64,000 nucleotides of DNA from Camelus dromedarius (GCF_036321535.1 NC_087436.1:67644001-67708000), one strand, 5' to 3'; positions 50,250-64,000 are shown, numbered from the stretch's first letter. The notes: a model not told the origin generated them from the sequence alone. Numbers and translations are program-made.

Positions 50250-53200
50250 GGTGACATCAGCAATATTCATGGCTGAACAGGAAGCCCTAGCCCTCCTTCT
50301 CCCACAAAGATAGCAAAATTAACAAGATACAGTCCAAAAAAAAGACTTCAGGAGAACTCCAGAAAACAGCTAAAAAGTTACAGTACTTCAGGCAAACTCA
50401 AATCAAGGAACAGATGCATTTCAACAGGTAAGAAAAGTGATTCATAACAACTGCAATAGATAAACCTTTCCACATGACAGCATAGATTGGTGCAAGTGGA
50501 AGGAAAAGCCCCAATCACAGCTTCTTTGACAGGGAACAAAGGTGAGTGAAATGTATGTCTGATGTTCCACCTTTTGGGAGGACTGCCTTTGACAGACTGA
50601 TTTTGTGCCTTCTGATTTTTAGTGCTGATGAGGAAATGGCATTCTTTTAATTCCTGGGGGCCACTAAGAACACACTAGAGCTCAGCAGCTTGTTCAGTGC
50701 CAGAGAATCTGCAGTACTATGGAAAGACACCAGAAGGAGCAAGAGATTGTCAGTTATTAAAAAAGACACAAGCAGACCTCTCTACTTAGGAAATGACATG
50801 TACAGGCCCCCAAAAGACACATCCCTGGAAAAGGTTTGAGAATCCCTGAGAGTCTTTAGCTGGACTGACTGGTGAAGGTCTTCCTCTATCCAAAGATAGT
50901 CAGGAGGAGTGCTGTTTTTCAAATGTATATACCCCAGAAAAACATAACAAGGCATGTGAAGAGATAGAAAAATGTGGCTCAATCAAAGAATCAAAATAAA
51001 TCTGTAGAAACTGTCCCTAAATAAAAGAAGATCTATGAATTAACTGCCAAAGAATTTGGAACAATAGTGGTTAATTTGTTCAGTCTACTACAAGGGAACA
51101 CAGACAACCAAATCAAATCAGGAAAATAATGCATAAACAAAGGGAGAATAACAACAAGAGATGATAATAATTTAAAAAAAAAATAAAAAGCAAGAAATTC
51201 TAGAGCTGAAGAATACAATAAATGAATTGAAAATTTTACTAGTGTGGTTCAATAGCAGAAACTTGATCTCAATCAAAAGAAAGAATGAGCAAACTTGAAT
51301 ATAGGTCATTTGAAGTTATCCAATCAGAGGAACAAAAAGAAAACAAAAATAAAGAAAGCCAAAGGGACTAATGGTATACTATCAAGCAGGCAAATAGCCA
51401 CATTACGAGAGTCCTAGAAGGAAAAGAAAGAGAAAAGAACAGTGAGTTTGTCTGAAGAAATAATAGTCAAAAAATCTCAAATATGAGAAGAAAACAGACC
51501 TCCAAATGCCAGTTCAAAGGATTCCAACTAAGATAACCCAAAGAGGTAACTGAAGGTACTTCAAAAAAAAAAAGTTTCACACAGATGATTTTATATAATC
51601 TCAAAATAATCCTTTTTTCCTCCTACCCTTATATCAAAACATATATTAAAACATATTAAAATTGCCTTAAAATTTAAAAAATAGTTTGAAATAAATAAAA
51701 ATGGAAACATAACACACAAAAACTTATGGGATACAGCAACCCAGCTCTAACAGGAAAGTTTATAGTGAAAAATGCCTACCTACATCAAAGAAAGAAAGAT
51801 CTGAAATAAAAAACCTAATCTCACACCTCAAGGCACTAGATAATGAACAAATGAAGCCCAAAGTTAGTAGGAGAGAAATAACAAAGATCAGAGTGGAAAT
51901 GAAATAGAAATTAAGGAGACAATAGAAAAGATCCATGCAACTATCTTCTATAAAAGATAAAAAGAGACAAAGTTTTAGCTAGTCTACCAAGAAAAAAAGA
52001 GAGAAGTCTCAAATAAAATTACGAATAAGAGGGGAACCATTACAAGTGAAACTACAGGAATATAAAGGATTATAAGATTACCCTAAACAATTATACACCA
52101 ACAAATTGGATAACCTAGAAGAAATGGATAAACTCTTAGAAACATACAACAATGCTGAATCATGAGTAAATATAAAATATGAACAGAATAATAAAGAGAT
52201 TGAACTAGTAAATGAAATCTCCCAATAATGTCCAGGACTAGATAGCTTCATTGGTGAACTCTACCAAATATTTAAAGAATTAATACCAACCTTGCTCAAA
52301 AACTTCCAAAAAAATGAATAAATGGGAATTATTTTAAACTAATTTGTAAGGCCCAAAGCCAGATAAGAACACTACAAGAAAACTATAGACTAACATTCCC
52401 CATGGATATTGATCCTAAAATCTGCAACAAAATATAAGCAAATTGAATTTAGCAACACATTACAATGATTATATACCATGACTGAGTGGGATTTATGTCT
52501 GGAATGCAAGGGTGATTCAACATATAAAAATATCAATCAGTGTGATACACTACAGTAACAGAATAAAAGAAACAAAAACCACAAGATTATTTCATTTGAT
52601 TCAGAAAAAGCCTTTGACAAAATTCTACACCCTGTCATAATAAAAACACTCTTCAAACGAGAATAAAAGGAAATTACTTCAACTTAATATAAGCCATATA
52701 TGAAAAGCTCATAGTTAACATTGTTGAAAAGCTTTCTTTCTAAAATTAAGAAGGCAATACTGACCTCTCTCACATTTCTATTCAACATCATAGTGAACGT
52801 CCTACCCAAAGCATTTGGGCAAGAAAAAGATACAAAAAGCATGCAGATTGGAAAGGAAGAAGTAAGATTTCTCCTCACAGTTGATATGCTCTTATATGTA
52901 GAAAACCCTAAATATTCCACAAAATTATTACAAGTAGTAAACAAATTCAGCAAAGTAGCAGACTCTAAAATCAACACACAAAATAAGTTGTGATTTTATA
53001 CATTAACAATGGGCAATCTGAAAAGGAAGTAAAGACCACAATCTGACCTACAATAGCATCCAAAAAATAAAATACTTAGGACTAAACTTAATGAAGAGCC
53101 ATGTTGAAAGTTTAAACTATTCTATATTATTGCATTCATTTTGTGTGGCTAATTAGCCTGCAGTGGGATTGAACTGTCATTATTCCCTCACTCTAGTCCA

Positions 53201-55275
53201 TGCCTTAAATAGCACCTCATAGAGTCAAAAATAAATATAAGTTCCTGATATGATTCCATCAATGTCCCTTATAATAAAGTCTCTTCTGTCTCCCAGCTCC
53301 TTCCCTGTGTACACCTTAAATAAGATGCCCATGGAACTTACTAAAATTTGCTATTTTATTTTGAATTGACCAATCCAAGCTCAGCCCAGGAATCCCAAAG
53401 CATTCTACTTGCAAACCCTAATAAATGTGCCCCAGATCCTGCTGCTTACTCTGCCTGCACCTCGCCTTGACCTCCCCATATGGTTCCTCAAGACATGCTG
53501 TGTACCTCCTTTAGGACCTGTGAGTAATAAACTTATTTATTTCATTTCACTTTCCCTTGTGGTCTTTCCTGAACCCAGATTCACTACCTGAGACTATAAG
53601 GCTCTACTTAACAAATGTTAATTTAACCAAAAAGTCAAGACAAAAGACTTGTACACTGATAATACAAAATGTTGCTGAAAGAAATTAAAGACACCAATAA
53701 AGAGACACCTAGTGTTCATGGATTAGAAAAAATACTATTAAAATATCCATACTACCCAAAGTGATCTACAGATTCAGTGGAATCCTTATCAATATCACAA
53801 TGAAATTTTTTTTTCAGAAATAGAAATAAAATTCTATAATTGATGTGGAATCTTAAAGAATCTAGAATAGCAAAAACAATCCTCGGAAAGAAAACAAAGA
53901 TTCAATCATTGTATTTTCTGATTTCAAAATCTATTACAAATCTGCAGTAATTTAGACATTGATGCACTGGTATACAGACAGACATACAGACCAATGAAAT
54001 CAAATAGAAAGCATAGAAATAAATCATCACTTATATGGTCAAATGATATTTGAGAAGACTGCCAATAATGGGCAAAGAATATTCTCTTGAACAAATGGTG
54101 TTGAGAAAACTGGATATCCACATGCGCTGAAATTGGATCCTGTGTTACACCATACACAAAAAGTAACGAATAGATTAAAGACTAAATATAAGACTTAAAA
54201 CTATAAAACTCCTAAAAAAATAGGGGAAATTCTTCATGACATTGGATCTGGCAAAGATTTCTTGGCTATTACACCAAAAATGCAAGCAACAAAAGCAGTA
54301 ATACACTAGCGGGGCTACATCAATCTTAACAACTTCTGCGAAGCAAAGAAAACAATCAACTTAGTGAAAATGCAACCTATGGAATGGGAGAAATTATTTC
54401 CAAACCGTGTATCTGATAAGTAGTTAATATCCAAAATAGAAAGTTCTATAACTCAGAAACAACATAAATAGTCTCATTAAATGAGCAAAGGACTTGAACA
54501 GACATTTCTCCAGGTTAGATATATAAGTGCCCCAAAAGCACAAGAAAGAACTTCAACATGACCAAATATCTGGGGAATGCAAATTGAAACTACAATGGGC
54601 TGTCACCTCACACCTGTTAGATGGCCACTATCACAAAAATAGAAAATACAAGTGTTGGCAACAATGTGGAAGAATTAGAACCCTTGTCTTCTGCTGGTGG
54701 GCATGTAAGATGGTACAGCCATTATGGAATACAGTATGGAAGTTTCTCAAAATACTAAAATTAAAACTACTGTATGATCAACCAATCCCACTTCTGGGAT
54801 ATATTCAAAGGAACAGAAATCAAGAACTTGAAGAGAAATTTGCACTTCCATGTTTATTTCAGCAATATTCACAATAGCCAAGATATACAAGCAATCTAAA
54901 TGTCAGCTGACAGAGGAATGGATAAAGAAAATGCGGTATATAAATATATACAGTGGAATATTATTTAACCTTAAAAAGGAGATCCTGTCATATGATACAA
55001 CATAGATGAGCACTGACTATACAGTGTTAAGTGAAATAAACCAGTCACAAAAAGACAAATACTGCATGATTTCATTTGCATGAGTTATCTAAAATAGTCC
55101 ACCTCTTAGAAACAGAAAGTAGAATAATGGTTGTCATGGGCTGGGAAGAGGGGAGTTGTTGTTCAACAGGTATAAAGTTTCAGTTTTGAGGGATGAAAAA
55201 GTTCTAGAGAACTACTGCACACATAAAAATGGTTAAGATGAAAAAATTTATTTTATGTGTTTCCTACCACAAGAA
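50250..55275 (+). mobile_element. Long L1 (L1MA/MB-like): 5'UTR, partial ORF1, internal gap, ORF2 RT to 3'UTR
   Basis: ORF1-like 50950-51548; ORF2 NKNGNITHKNLWD near 51695, gattcagaaaaagcctttgacaaaatt (DSEKAFDKI) near 52598; track ORFs 52721-52993 and 54527-54877 are ORF2 pieces; 3' end tgtgtttcctaccaca. Confidence 0.9.
53102..53627 (+). mobile_element. ERV-type solo LTR inserted in L1 ORF2
   Basis: tgttgaa...tttaac termini, gaccaatc (CCAAT) near 53370, gtgagtaataaac poly(A) signal near 53527; L1 ORF2 (YLG.NL | KDLY) is collinear on either side. Confidence 0.8.
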
Positions 55276-55964
55276 AACAAAGAATGAGAGAGCACTCTAT
55301 GTAGCTATATGGAAAATTTTCCAACTTGCATATTTTATATAAATGTGACAAGGAATAGAACTTGCTTCTATTTAAATTAAACATGGGAGAAAGACTATAT
55401 ATGCCGTGTGTATGTATATGCATTTTAAAAAAATCTCTGGAAGGATAAAAATAATTCCCCTAGGTATTAAACAAAATTGCTACCTATTATATTGGAGCTA
55501 AAAGGTTACAATGATATCAGACTGTAGCTCTTAAATACTGTGTCTGAGAAAGTACAAAGAAATACAACAAAAGCTTTAGGTATGGTTTACATTTGGTAAA
55601 CAGGAACAAATACTTAAATACAAGCTATCAAGCTCCTTATGCATGGAAAATAGACAATACTTCTTTCTTTTCCAAAGAAACTGAGAAAAAAGTAAGAGCT
55701 GAATTTAGAGTTCAATCAGAGATAACGAGAATAATCTCATAAAATAACAAAAATAATCTCATAACAAAGGAGCATCAAAAACACTTGAGATGAATTATTT
55801 TTGTCTTTTCTAAACTGAATTCTGTATTCAGTCTACTTTTTAGTCACATTTCCTGAAACCATCTATAATACAGATGGCAGCCACGACATTTTGGGGACAA
55901 AAGTGTATGAAGGGGCACATCAAGCATACTTGAGATTCTTTCCTCTTTCACTTTTTTCTCTGAC

Positions 55965-56080
55965 TGTATCCTTCAAATATTGCTTTAGATACAGCACTGA
56001 AAGCATCACAAAAATCTAGTTCAGCAAAATCTCTGGTCTTAGTTCTAGATAAAAATGGAAAGATCCGGTGGTCATAAATC
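55965..56080 (-). mobile_element. Possible CR1/L3 reverse-transcriptase relic
   Basis: Track ORF 55948-56193 contains LDFCDAFSAVSKAI, similar to the CR1-clade LDFSKAFDxVSH motif; short match only. Confidence 0.3.
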
Positions 56081-56637
56081 TGTGAATACAATTTATTGAA
56101 CACATTTTTCAAGTCATTGCGGTGAGACAGACCAAATTGAAGTAAGTCTATGTGCATGTCTGTTTTATTCCGTCTTGTATGAAAAGGGCCCACCCTGGAT
56201 TGGGTCCAAATTGACAGAAGAGCTTTAGAAGAGTGATAAATTTTAATATATCTGTTAGCTGATAATGATTAATGGCCATACCTCAAACTCTTTAAGAAGT
56301 TTGAGATTTAAAGTGGCTCACTACTTCTAGGCAGATTTATCAGAGACAGTTAACTGATGTCTTTCTATCATGAAAATTATCCAAACTAAAAAGACTCCCT
56401 GTTGGAAGTTGATTGGAGATATAACTAATATAATAAGGTTCTTTCATATTATCCAGACAATTTGCTTTGGAAAATGCTAGTTTACATGAAATATAATTTT
56501 ATTAGTTTAACCTAATGACCAAGGTAATGGAAATTAATTAAATTTGATTTACAAGATCATTAAAATTGTGTAATTCAGATTTCTTTTATCTAGTGAGGTT
56601 ACAACAAAAGTATTTTCTTTTTGAAAGTCATCATTGT

Positions 56638-56825
56638 GGGAGTTTGAGATTTGCAGATACTAACTAATATATATAAAATACATCAGTAGTAACTTATGGT
56701 GAAAGGGAATGTGAAAATGAAGATGTGTATGTTCATTTATAACTGAAGCATTATGCTGCACACCAGAAATTGACATAACATTGTAAACTGACTATACTTC
56801 AATAAAAATATATATATAACAAAAA
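56638..56825 (+). mobile_element. Short 5'-truncated younger L1 3' end
   Basis: Perfect 14-bp TSD aaagtcatcattgt (56624-56637, 56826-56839); ends gtaaactgactatacttcaataaaa plus A-rich tail. Confidence 0.93.
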
Positions 56826-57413
56826 AAAGTCATCATTGTATTTATAAAAAAAGTATAAATTAACCCAGTCTTCTCTAAAGCAACCATATATTTGTAGAAT
56901 AAACTCTCCAACAGGAAATAAGGGTCTCCATATTAATGTTACTTCCACAGAATAACTGATGTTATCACAGCTCATGTTACAGGCTTTTCCTTGAGCTGTC
57001 TTTGTAGTAGCTGACAGCTACTAAGTTTTTGTTAAAACAGTTTATAAATACACAAAAGAGTCACTTGAACTCTACTGGAAATACTAGCAAACTTAAAATA
57101 ACAACTTTAAAAATGCAAGCATTATTTAACCTACGATGTTATATGCCCATAGATAAAATTACAGTAGGTTCACCTGAGTGTGAAAACTTCCCTACACGCC
57201 AGTTATGATCTTGATCTATCAGTATTTTCAACTTGGAGGGCTTGTTAAGTATTTTAGAATTCACTGATTACAATTATGTTGATTTTTTTCACTTGAAAAT
57301 ATACTTAGAACGATAAGGTAATTTTTTTTTTTCCTGAAGGTGTTACATTAACACAATGGCAAATAAAGTTCTGTCTTTAAAAGAAGGAAGGCCTTGATTC
57401 TAACAAAATCCAA

Positions 57414-57835
57414 TGCTGAGGCAGGTCATTAAGAAGATATGACTGTCAACGAACCTTGACCTGGACTCTGGCAGTTGGAGGCTTCAAACCCCCTCCCCTG
57501 TCCTTGGAATGTGTGTTCTGCTTGCCTTCTCTGTTTTCAAAAGCTGCCCCAAGGGTATATAGCCTTGAGATAGAAATATGTTGTTGATATTATTTGGATG
57601 GTATACATGACTGAATCCAATTATGAACTCTATATAAACTTTCAAGGTTTGGTAGGTAGGTGCAGAAATCTACTCTTCTTGAGGGTAACCAAGACAAGCC
57701 TTGTAAGTTGGTTCTCTTGCTTATTAAACCTGACATCTGCTAATCCGGAGTGATCTGCCTATTTCTTTGGTCCCTTTCTGCCTTTCACATATGGGGGCCA
57801 ATTTCAGATAATACCTAGGAAGCTCCTGGGACACA
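57414..57835 (+). mobile_element. ERV-type solo LTR
   Basis: tg...ca ends, TATA (ctatataaac ~57630), ATTAAA ~57723, GC content above the flanks; no TSD found. Confidence 0.6.
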
Positions 57836-60800
57836 TTGTTTACTTGCATATAAAACTACTGAAAATCATATCAAAATCCGTGTCAGTATATTCTTGTTAA
57901 TACAATAGATTGAAAATATTTCTCTCCCTTCGGTTTACTAAAGACACTGTGCTACTATGGTTCCCCTCATTTTTCTCTTATTTTTTTCTAGTTTCGTTTT
58001 TCTACTTCTACTTTTCAAAGCCTCAACTTTCTCTATTTCTGTGTTGACTTGCTCCCTCAAAAGATTCACTCTCTTCCATAGTTTTCATTATCTCCTCTCT
58101 CCTGATAAATGTGAAGCAAATATTTCATGCCAGTATTGATCATTTTTACCAATTCAGGCAAAACCTTGAAGGGAGTTATTTTAGAATATTAAATATTACT
58201 AAAAGTTTAAATGGTCATCTAACGTATATGTGTATGTACTGAATCAATCATTTGATTTAACAATACTATGCAAATAGGTGGCAAATTACATTAGGCTTGT
58301 CCTAAAGGATTATCTCTAATTATATACCATATTGGAAGATATCTACATTGTTATTAACATGCTCAATACAGCAATACACTATTGTGAGAAAGATTTCAAG
58401 CAATTTTAGAAAAGGAGTGAAATTTGGTTATTATTGAATCAGTATGGTTGTCTTAAGATGCAGTCCAACTTTGGGAAATGCTATTATCATAATGATAGAT
58501 CTAACAACACAAGATTGAATTTTAAAATTTCTCTGCATGTTTATAATTATAAGGCTTTTTTAGAAGTGAACAAAAAGAGTGAAGTAAATTGAGGTTGGAA
58601 ATAATTTTAGACAATCGTTCTCAAAGCATAATCAAAATTTCTTACTTTGTTCAAATGTTTGCCTAGCTCTATTTGTAACTGAAAATAATGTATTAATCAC
58701 AACATGAGCATGCTTAATTTACCCCATGCACAGGAAGTAAAGTAAAATAAAGTCCTTAATTATTCCTATGTTGAGAAAATCATGAATTTAAAGCTCTTAA
58801 TCTCTAAGGTAGAAAAGAAGTGGTTATTGCATTTACCTATATGAAGTCTAAGAGTGTAATACAGATTTTTGTAAATTAGAGCAGTAATACTGGAAGTATT
58901 ACATGGTACAGAATGTCGGGTATACAAAAAGAAGAAAGAAGAGTCTAGAAATTCCAAAAATTGCATGTTTGATATTAAAAAAAACTCTCACTTTCATGTA
59001 TTTCACTTTTTATTCCATACATAAATGCCAAAAAATTAGTTGTAAGAATTTAAAGACAAATTTTACATTTTGATACTGAGTAAAATATGGCAAATTACGA
59101 GCTAGCATGTTGAAGGGAAAATAGTGTTTATTATTTGGGGGGTCGTTGTGTATGTGTAGCCAGATTAAGGTAAGTTAATAGTGTGGGAAAAGTGTGAAAA
59201 AAGTTGAGCCCCAACAATTCAGTATTTTTCTATGGTTGTCAGAGAAAAACAGAATAGAAAATTGAGCTGGACCTATGACTCAAAAAATCAAATAAAGTAT
59301 CAGATTAAAACCAGAGATCTTAGGTTAGCAATTAGTTTTCATGTTCATTCACAACGAATCTTCTGCAGATGTAAAATTCATCTGTTGTATAGTGTTCTAG
59401 TTCTCCTTCTATTTTTCAGCATAAGGTACTAATGAGATACGAACTGAATAGTTAGTACCAGAGAGAAATAAAGCTCATAAAATATCCCAAATTGGCATAA
59501 TAAGCTATTAAAATCATTGAGATTTTACATAATAAAGAGTCAGGATAACCTCATGTTAAGAAGACAAGTTTTAGAAACAGAATGAAAGGGGTTCAAATCT
59601 TGGCTTTAAAATATTATGTTACAGATATTAATATTTATATATAATAATCCTTTGGTAACTTTTTCTTCTGCATTTCAGAGGAGAAAAAGAAGTTCAGAAA
59701 GGAATACTGATGTAGGTTTCTTTTTAATTAAATGGAATAATCTATTCAATGTTTCTAGCATGGGTCTGGTATATTCTAGTATGTATTCAAGAAAAGGAAA
59801 TTCTTTATTAGACATGTGCATTATTGTTACTTTTGAAATTCAGAATCATTAAGCTATTTATAACACAGTTTCATTTTACCACTATATAAAATCTCAAAAC
59901 TTACTTAACTTTCCAATATTTTCTTTATCTTATTTTTATTGTCTTTCATCTAACAGTATCTTACTGAGGAAGAGGAATCAATAGTGGAGAGAGGATGAGT
60001 CATATTAACAAAATAATATACTTTCCACTGGATATTTTGATCTAGTGTATATTACGGTGCTATTAATCATTATGGGGATTCATAACACTCGACAGACTGA
60101 TAGCCTTAGCTTAGAGATCAAAAAGTTTGTCATTAAATTTTGAAATTTGCATTATTAAAACAAATCAGTGAAGACTATCAACTCACAATAGCTCTATATA
60201 GATGTTTTTTAAGTTTACTATTGGAAGGAAATAGTTCAAGGAGTACCATGTTGACTTTTAACATCCCAGCTTGCTCAGTCTTTCTCTTATCACACTTAGG
60301 TAAAAATGTTTTTGTATTCACCTACCAAGTGATTTCAAATATAAAGTAAAAATAATCAGTGCCATGAACAATAACAAGGACAAAAAAGATAGGGAAAACA
60401 GTGTAAATAGGTAGTAAAAATAATTTAGTAAAAAAAAAAAAATCAGTAAAAACTGTATTTTAAAAATACATATGTCAGGGACATTGGTTAGCATCATTAT
60501 TTTAAGAGTAAATGTTTTGTGCTATTTATTTTTGAATTGGCATCATTAATGTTAGTGTTATAACTCTGAATCATAAAGGTAATTCAATCATAAGACATAA
60601 AATGTAATTTCACCAAATTTGAATAAAAATTCCTTTTTACTATGAATTTCCTAGGGGGAAAAAAAATCAAGGTCCAAAGGAAATAAAGACCAGATAATAT
60701 ATTTTAAATTTTGTCTATTAAAGTTTAAAAAAAAAAAGCCTGGAATTTATCTTCCTCGCATCTTACTCTGTTTATCCAGTGTTAGTTGTACGAGTCTCTT

Positions 60801-61085
60801 GATGATTCTGTAATAGGTCTAGCCAGTAAAATAAATAGATTTTAAGGTCATTCTGTAGTTTTTCAGTCCCACTAGCTTTCCAGTCAGTTTTTGCCAAACA
60901 TTTGTTAAAAAAAAAAAAAAGCCACGATCTGTTGATAAGCCATTTCTCCCATTTGATTAAAGATCATCATAAGCTATTTGTGATACTTTTCTTTCCCTTC
61001 TAGTATATTGGAAAGCTTGCCTTTCATTTGAAAGTAAGCACATGTCTTTTTTTGGCTGAACCCCACAATTGGACACTTTGCTCAC

Positions 61086-61523
61086 TGGATTAGTTTCCTA
61101 GGACTACCATAACAAAGTGCCACAGTGGAGTAGCTTAAAACCGAAGTTTATTGCCTCACAGTTGAGGCGGCCAGAACTATGTGTGGGTGGAGCCATGGTC
61201 CCTCTGAAAGCTCTAGGGAATCATCTGTTCTGTGCCTGTCTCCTAGCTTCTGTAGTCCCAGGTGTTCTTGCCTGCAGGTGTATCCCTCCAACTTTCCATC
61301 TCCACTTGGTATTCTTCCTGTGTGTCTTTATACCATCTTTCTTGTGTGTGTCTGTCTCAGTACCCAAATTTCTACTTTTGTAAGGACACTAGTCATGTGG
61401 TAGTAGATCCCACCCTACTACGTAATCATCTATAAAGACCTCATTTCTGAATAAGGTCACATTCTGAGGTACTGAGGTGGGGACTTTAAACATATTTAAA
61501 GGGATACAATTCAAGTCAAAACA
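61086..61523 (-). mobile_element. MaLR solo LTR (MLT1B/C-like)
   Basis: TG...CA ends, perfect 5-bp TSD ctcac (61081-61085, 61524-61528); aataaggtcacattctgaggtactg. Confidence 0.93.
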
Positions 61524-61824
61524 CTCACTTATAACAAGTAATACTGAAATATCACATGGAAAACTTGAGTGACCTAGAAAAGAATATAATGCATATACCA
61601 TGAAGTAGGTTAGTTCCTAAAGTAGAAAAGAGTAAGAAGTTGGGATACTCTCTACCTCCCTGTGGAGTAGTGACAATGCAAGATGCCAAAAATGTTTATT
61701 TAAATAAAACTTTTTCTATGAAAATCAATAGAGTGGGGCAGAAACAGTATCTGTCAATATCCTTATTACTATTCGAAATGTTACTGAATTCTTATGTCTT
61801 TATAACCCACAAATTATTGCATGT

Positions 61825-61905
61825 TGGTTATCTGTCTTGTTTGTTGCTATATCTCTAGTTTTTACCACATAACATACACTCAATAAACACTTGTTATTGA
61901 ATGAG
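61825..61905 (+). mobile_element. L2 3' terminus
   Basis: tgtcttgtttgttgctatatctctag...ctcaataaacacttgttattgaatga. Confidence 0.7.
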
Positions 61906-63239
61906 TCTTTATATACAGATGATAAGGTGTTGACTACTTTAAAAATTATTTTATAGATTTTAGTATTTTTTATCTTTTCAATGAAGAGATAACACACAGT
62001 TAAATTATGGACTTTTGCATGTAAAAAGATATGCTCAAAACATTAAGCCATTAATCGCTTCAACATGACATGCTTTATATTAAATATTTATTATTCAAAT
62101 GGAAACAAACCCACTCATGTAATTGTGGTTTTCTATCAAGTGTAGTCTTAAAAAAGGATATCTCAGGATATTTTATATTCCCAAAGAATTCATAAGTATC
62201 AAGTGCAAGGAGAAATTTGCTTCCATATTTTTTTAGCAGGATGATGTCAAAATGTGCTGATAAAAGCATCAATTTGGAAGTTAAAAAGCTTCTATTATGT
62301 ACTATTTTTATAAACTTCAATAAACCATTTAATCTTACTAATCTTGTTCTGTGCTTATGAAAACAGTGAAGGTAAGAGTAATAGACAGCACAGTTTTGCT
62401 GGAAGGATCAAATAAAAATATTTTATCAGCACTATACAAATAGTTAATATTTCACCAGACAGCTCTTTGTAAAGATTGTTGAAGTTCATGCATTTTTTAA
62501 AAAAATTACAATGTTGACAATTGATATTTCAGAAAATTGGAAAGTGACTATGAATTATACTTCATTAACAGAAAAATATCACCTTTTCATCACAAAGAGG
62601 TAAAACAAATCTTATTTGTAACATAAAAGTTAGATTTTGAAAATCCAGTCCTCAAACCATTCATACACTTGAAATATTCTAAATATAAAAAAAAAAGCCA
62701 AAGATTTCCCCATTGTTTGGCAAAGAGCTTAAAAGAAAGAGCTAATGTCATTCTTTGGATCTATCACGTGAAAAAATTCACATAGTTCTAAAACATCCTA
62801 CCTTTTAAAATTAGAGGTTTTAGCCTTCAAGTTACAAAAATTCTACTACAGCATTCTTTAGTTATTCAAGTTTATTTGTCTCATAAAAAATAACTGAGTG
62901 TAGGTTGTCAGGTTTGGTATGATGGTTCATCAGAGTATCAGTGACCATAAGGTGATTTTGAATTAACTAGAGAGAAAACGTAGATTATTTTTAAAAGACC
63001 AACCATTATTCAATACCTGACTTCCCAATAATTGCTCAGTAGCAACAAGGAAAACTGAGGATGGTGGGAAATATCCCCAACCTATTGAGAAAAGTCTAAT
63101 GTGTCCCATAAATTACACAACTGAGAAAATATTTCAAGAATTAGAGTAATTTAAAAAAGCACTTTCAGATTTACAAAGCAGTGTGTAACTAATAAACCCT
63201 CCCTGGGAAAATTCCTAAGGAAGGTGGAAGGTTAACTAT

Positions 63240-63960
63240 CGCATATGGAAGTTCAGTGGTGCAGGAGGAAATAATGAAAGCAGTAAGTATGAAAAAAAAT
63301 TAGTTGAGGGAAAAAATGAAATGAAAAATAAGTAGCTATTCAAAAGTAGAAAAACAGAGGGAAGAGGAAAGGATGGGATAAACATAACCAAATAAGGTCT
63401 TAGAAATTAATCCAACTATATCACTAGTAATGGTAAATGAAATGATTATATATATATATATACATATATACATACATACATACATACTTCGGTCAAAGAA
63501 AATGTTACATTGGATAGAATATGAAATCCAGCTTGATATTGCTTACAAGAAACAGAATTAAAATGTAAGTAAACTGAAGGAGTAAAAGAGTGGGAAAAAT
63601 ACCAAGTAACTATAATAGAAAGAATGCAGGAATAGTTACATGAATTTCAGACAAAATAAATGTTATAAAACATTACTAGAGAGAGGGTCATTACTTAATG
63701 ATAATGGCTTATTCATCAGAAGATGCAATAATTCCTACAACATACACCCTCAGTAACAAATTTTATACACAGACACACACACACACACAACCTCACAATT
63801 GTAAGGACAAATAGTAAAATCCACATAATACTGGGAAATTTAAAAAGAAATCATTCTTAAAATATGATGGATTAGCAGGTAAAAATTTCAATAAGCATGA
63901 AGAATATTTGAACAAGCCAATGAATAAGCTTCATCTATTACACATACTACACATAACTGT
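63240..63960 (+). mobile_element. Ancient L1 inter-ORF and ORF2 endonuclease region, containing (TA)/(TACA)n and (CA)n microsatellites
   Basis: tattgcttacaagaaaca (YCLQET), ggtcattacttaatgata (GHYLMI), atactgggaaatttt (ILGNF) are L1 endonuclease motifs; repeats at ~63447-63487 and ~63766-63789. Confidence 0.8.
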
Positions 63961-64000
63961 ACTGGTTATCAGTCGCTGTGGGTAAGGATTTCAGACAAGG

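Noticed and set aside
59425..59459. Hairpin ggtactaa...ttagtacc as a miRNA precursor
   Set aside because: Only an 8-bp stem with a 19-nt loop; far too short.

Overview
AT-rich, CpG-depleted, repeat-dense mammalian non-coding DNA (intergenic or deep intronic). A short tRNA-derived SINE and a recurring L1 3' end resemble camelid elements, so the source is probably alpaca/llama/camel (inference from recalled repeat consensus, not a search). I find no supportable host protein-coding gene, functional RNA gene, CRISPR array or prokaryotic system. The recognisable ORFs in the track are decayed L1 ORF2 fragments; the rest are unexplained and consistent with chance. The window is a layered transposon record: several L1s (two retain both ends but have large internal deletions), HAL1, L2, MIR, MaLR and ERV1-type solo LTRs (several with readable target-site duplications, TSDs), and hAT and Tc1/mariner-pogo DNA transposon relics, often nested. 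The signals least explained by repeats are a ~150 bp CpG-undepleted patch at 41.8 kb with minus-strand splice signals, a candidate 130-nt exon at 11.55 kb, and a plus-strand bias of L1s and ERV LTRs that hints at a minus-strand host transcript. I could not substantiate a new biological system. Subfamily names are from memory and need RepeatMasker/Dfam confirmation; boundaries without a TSD are approximate.
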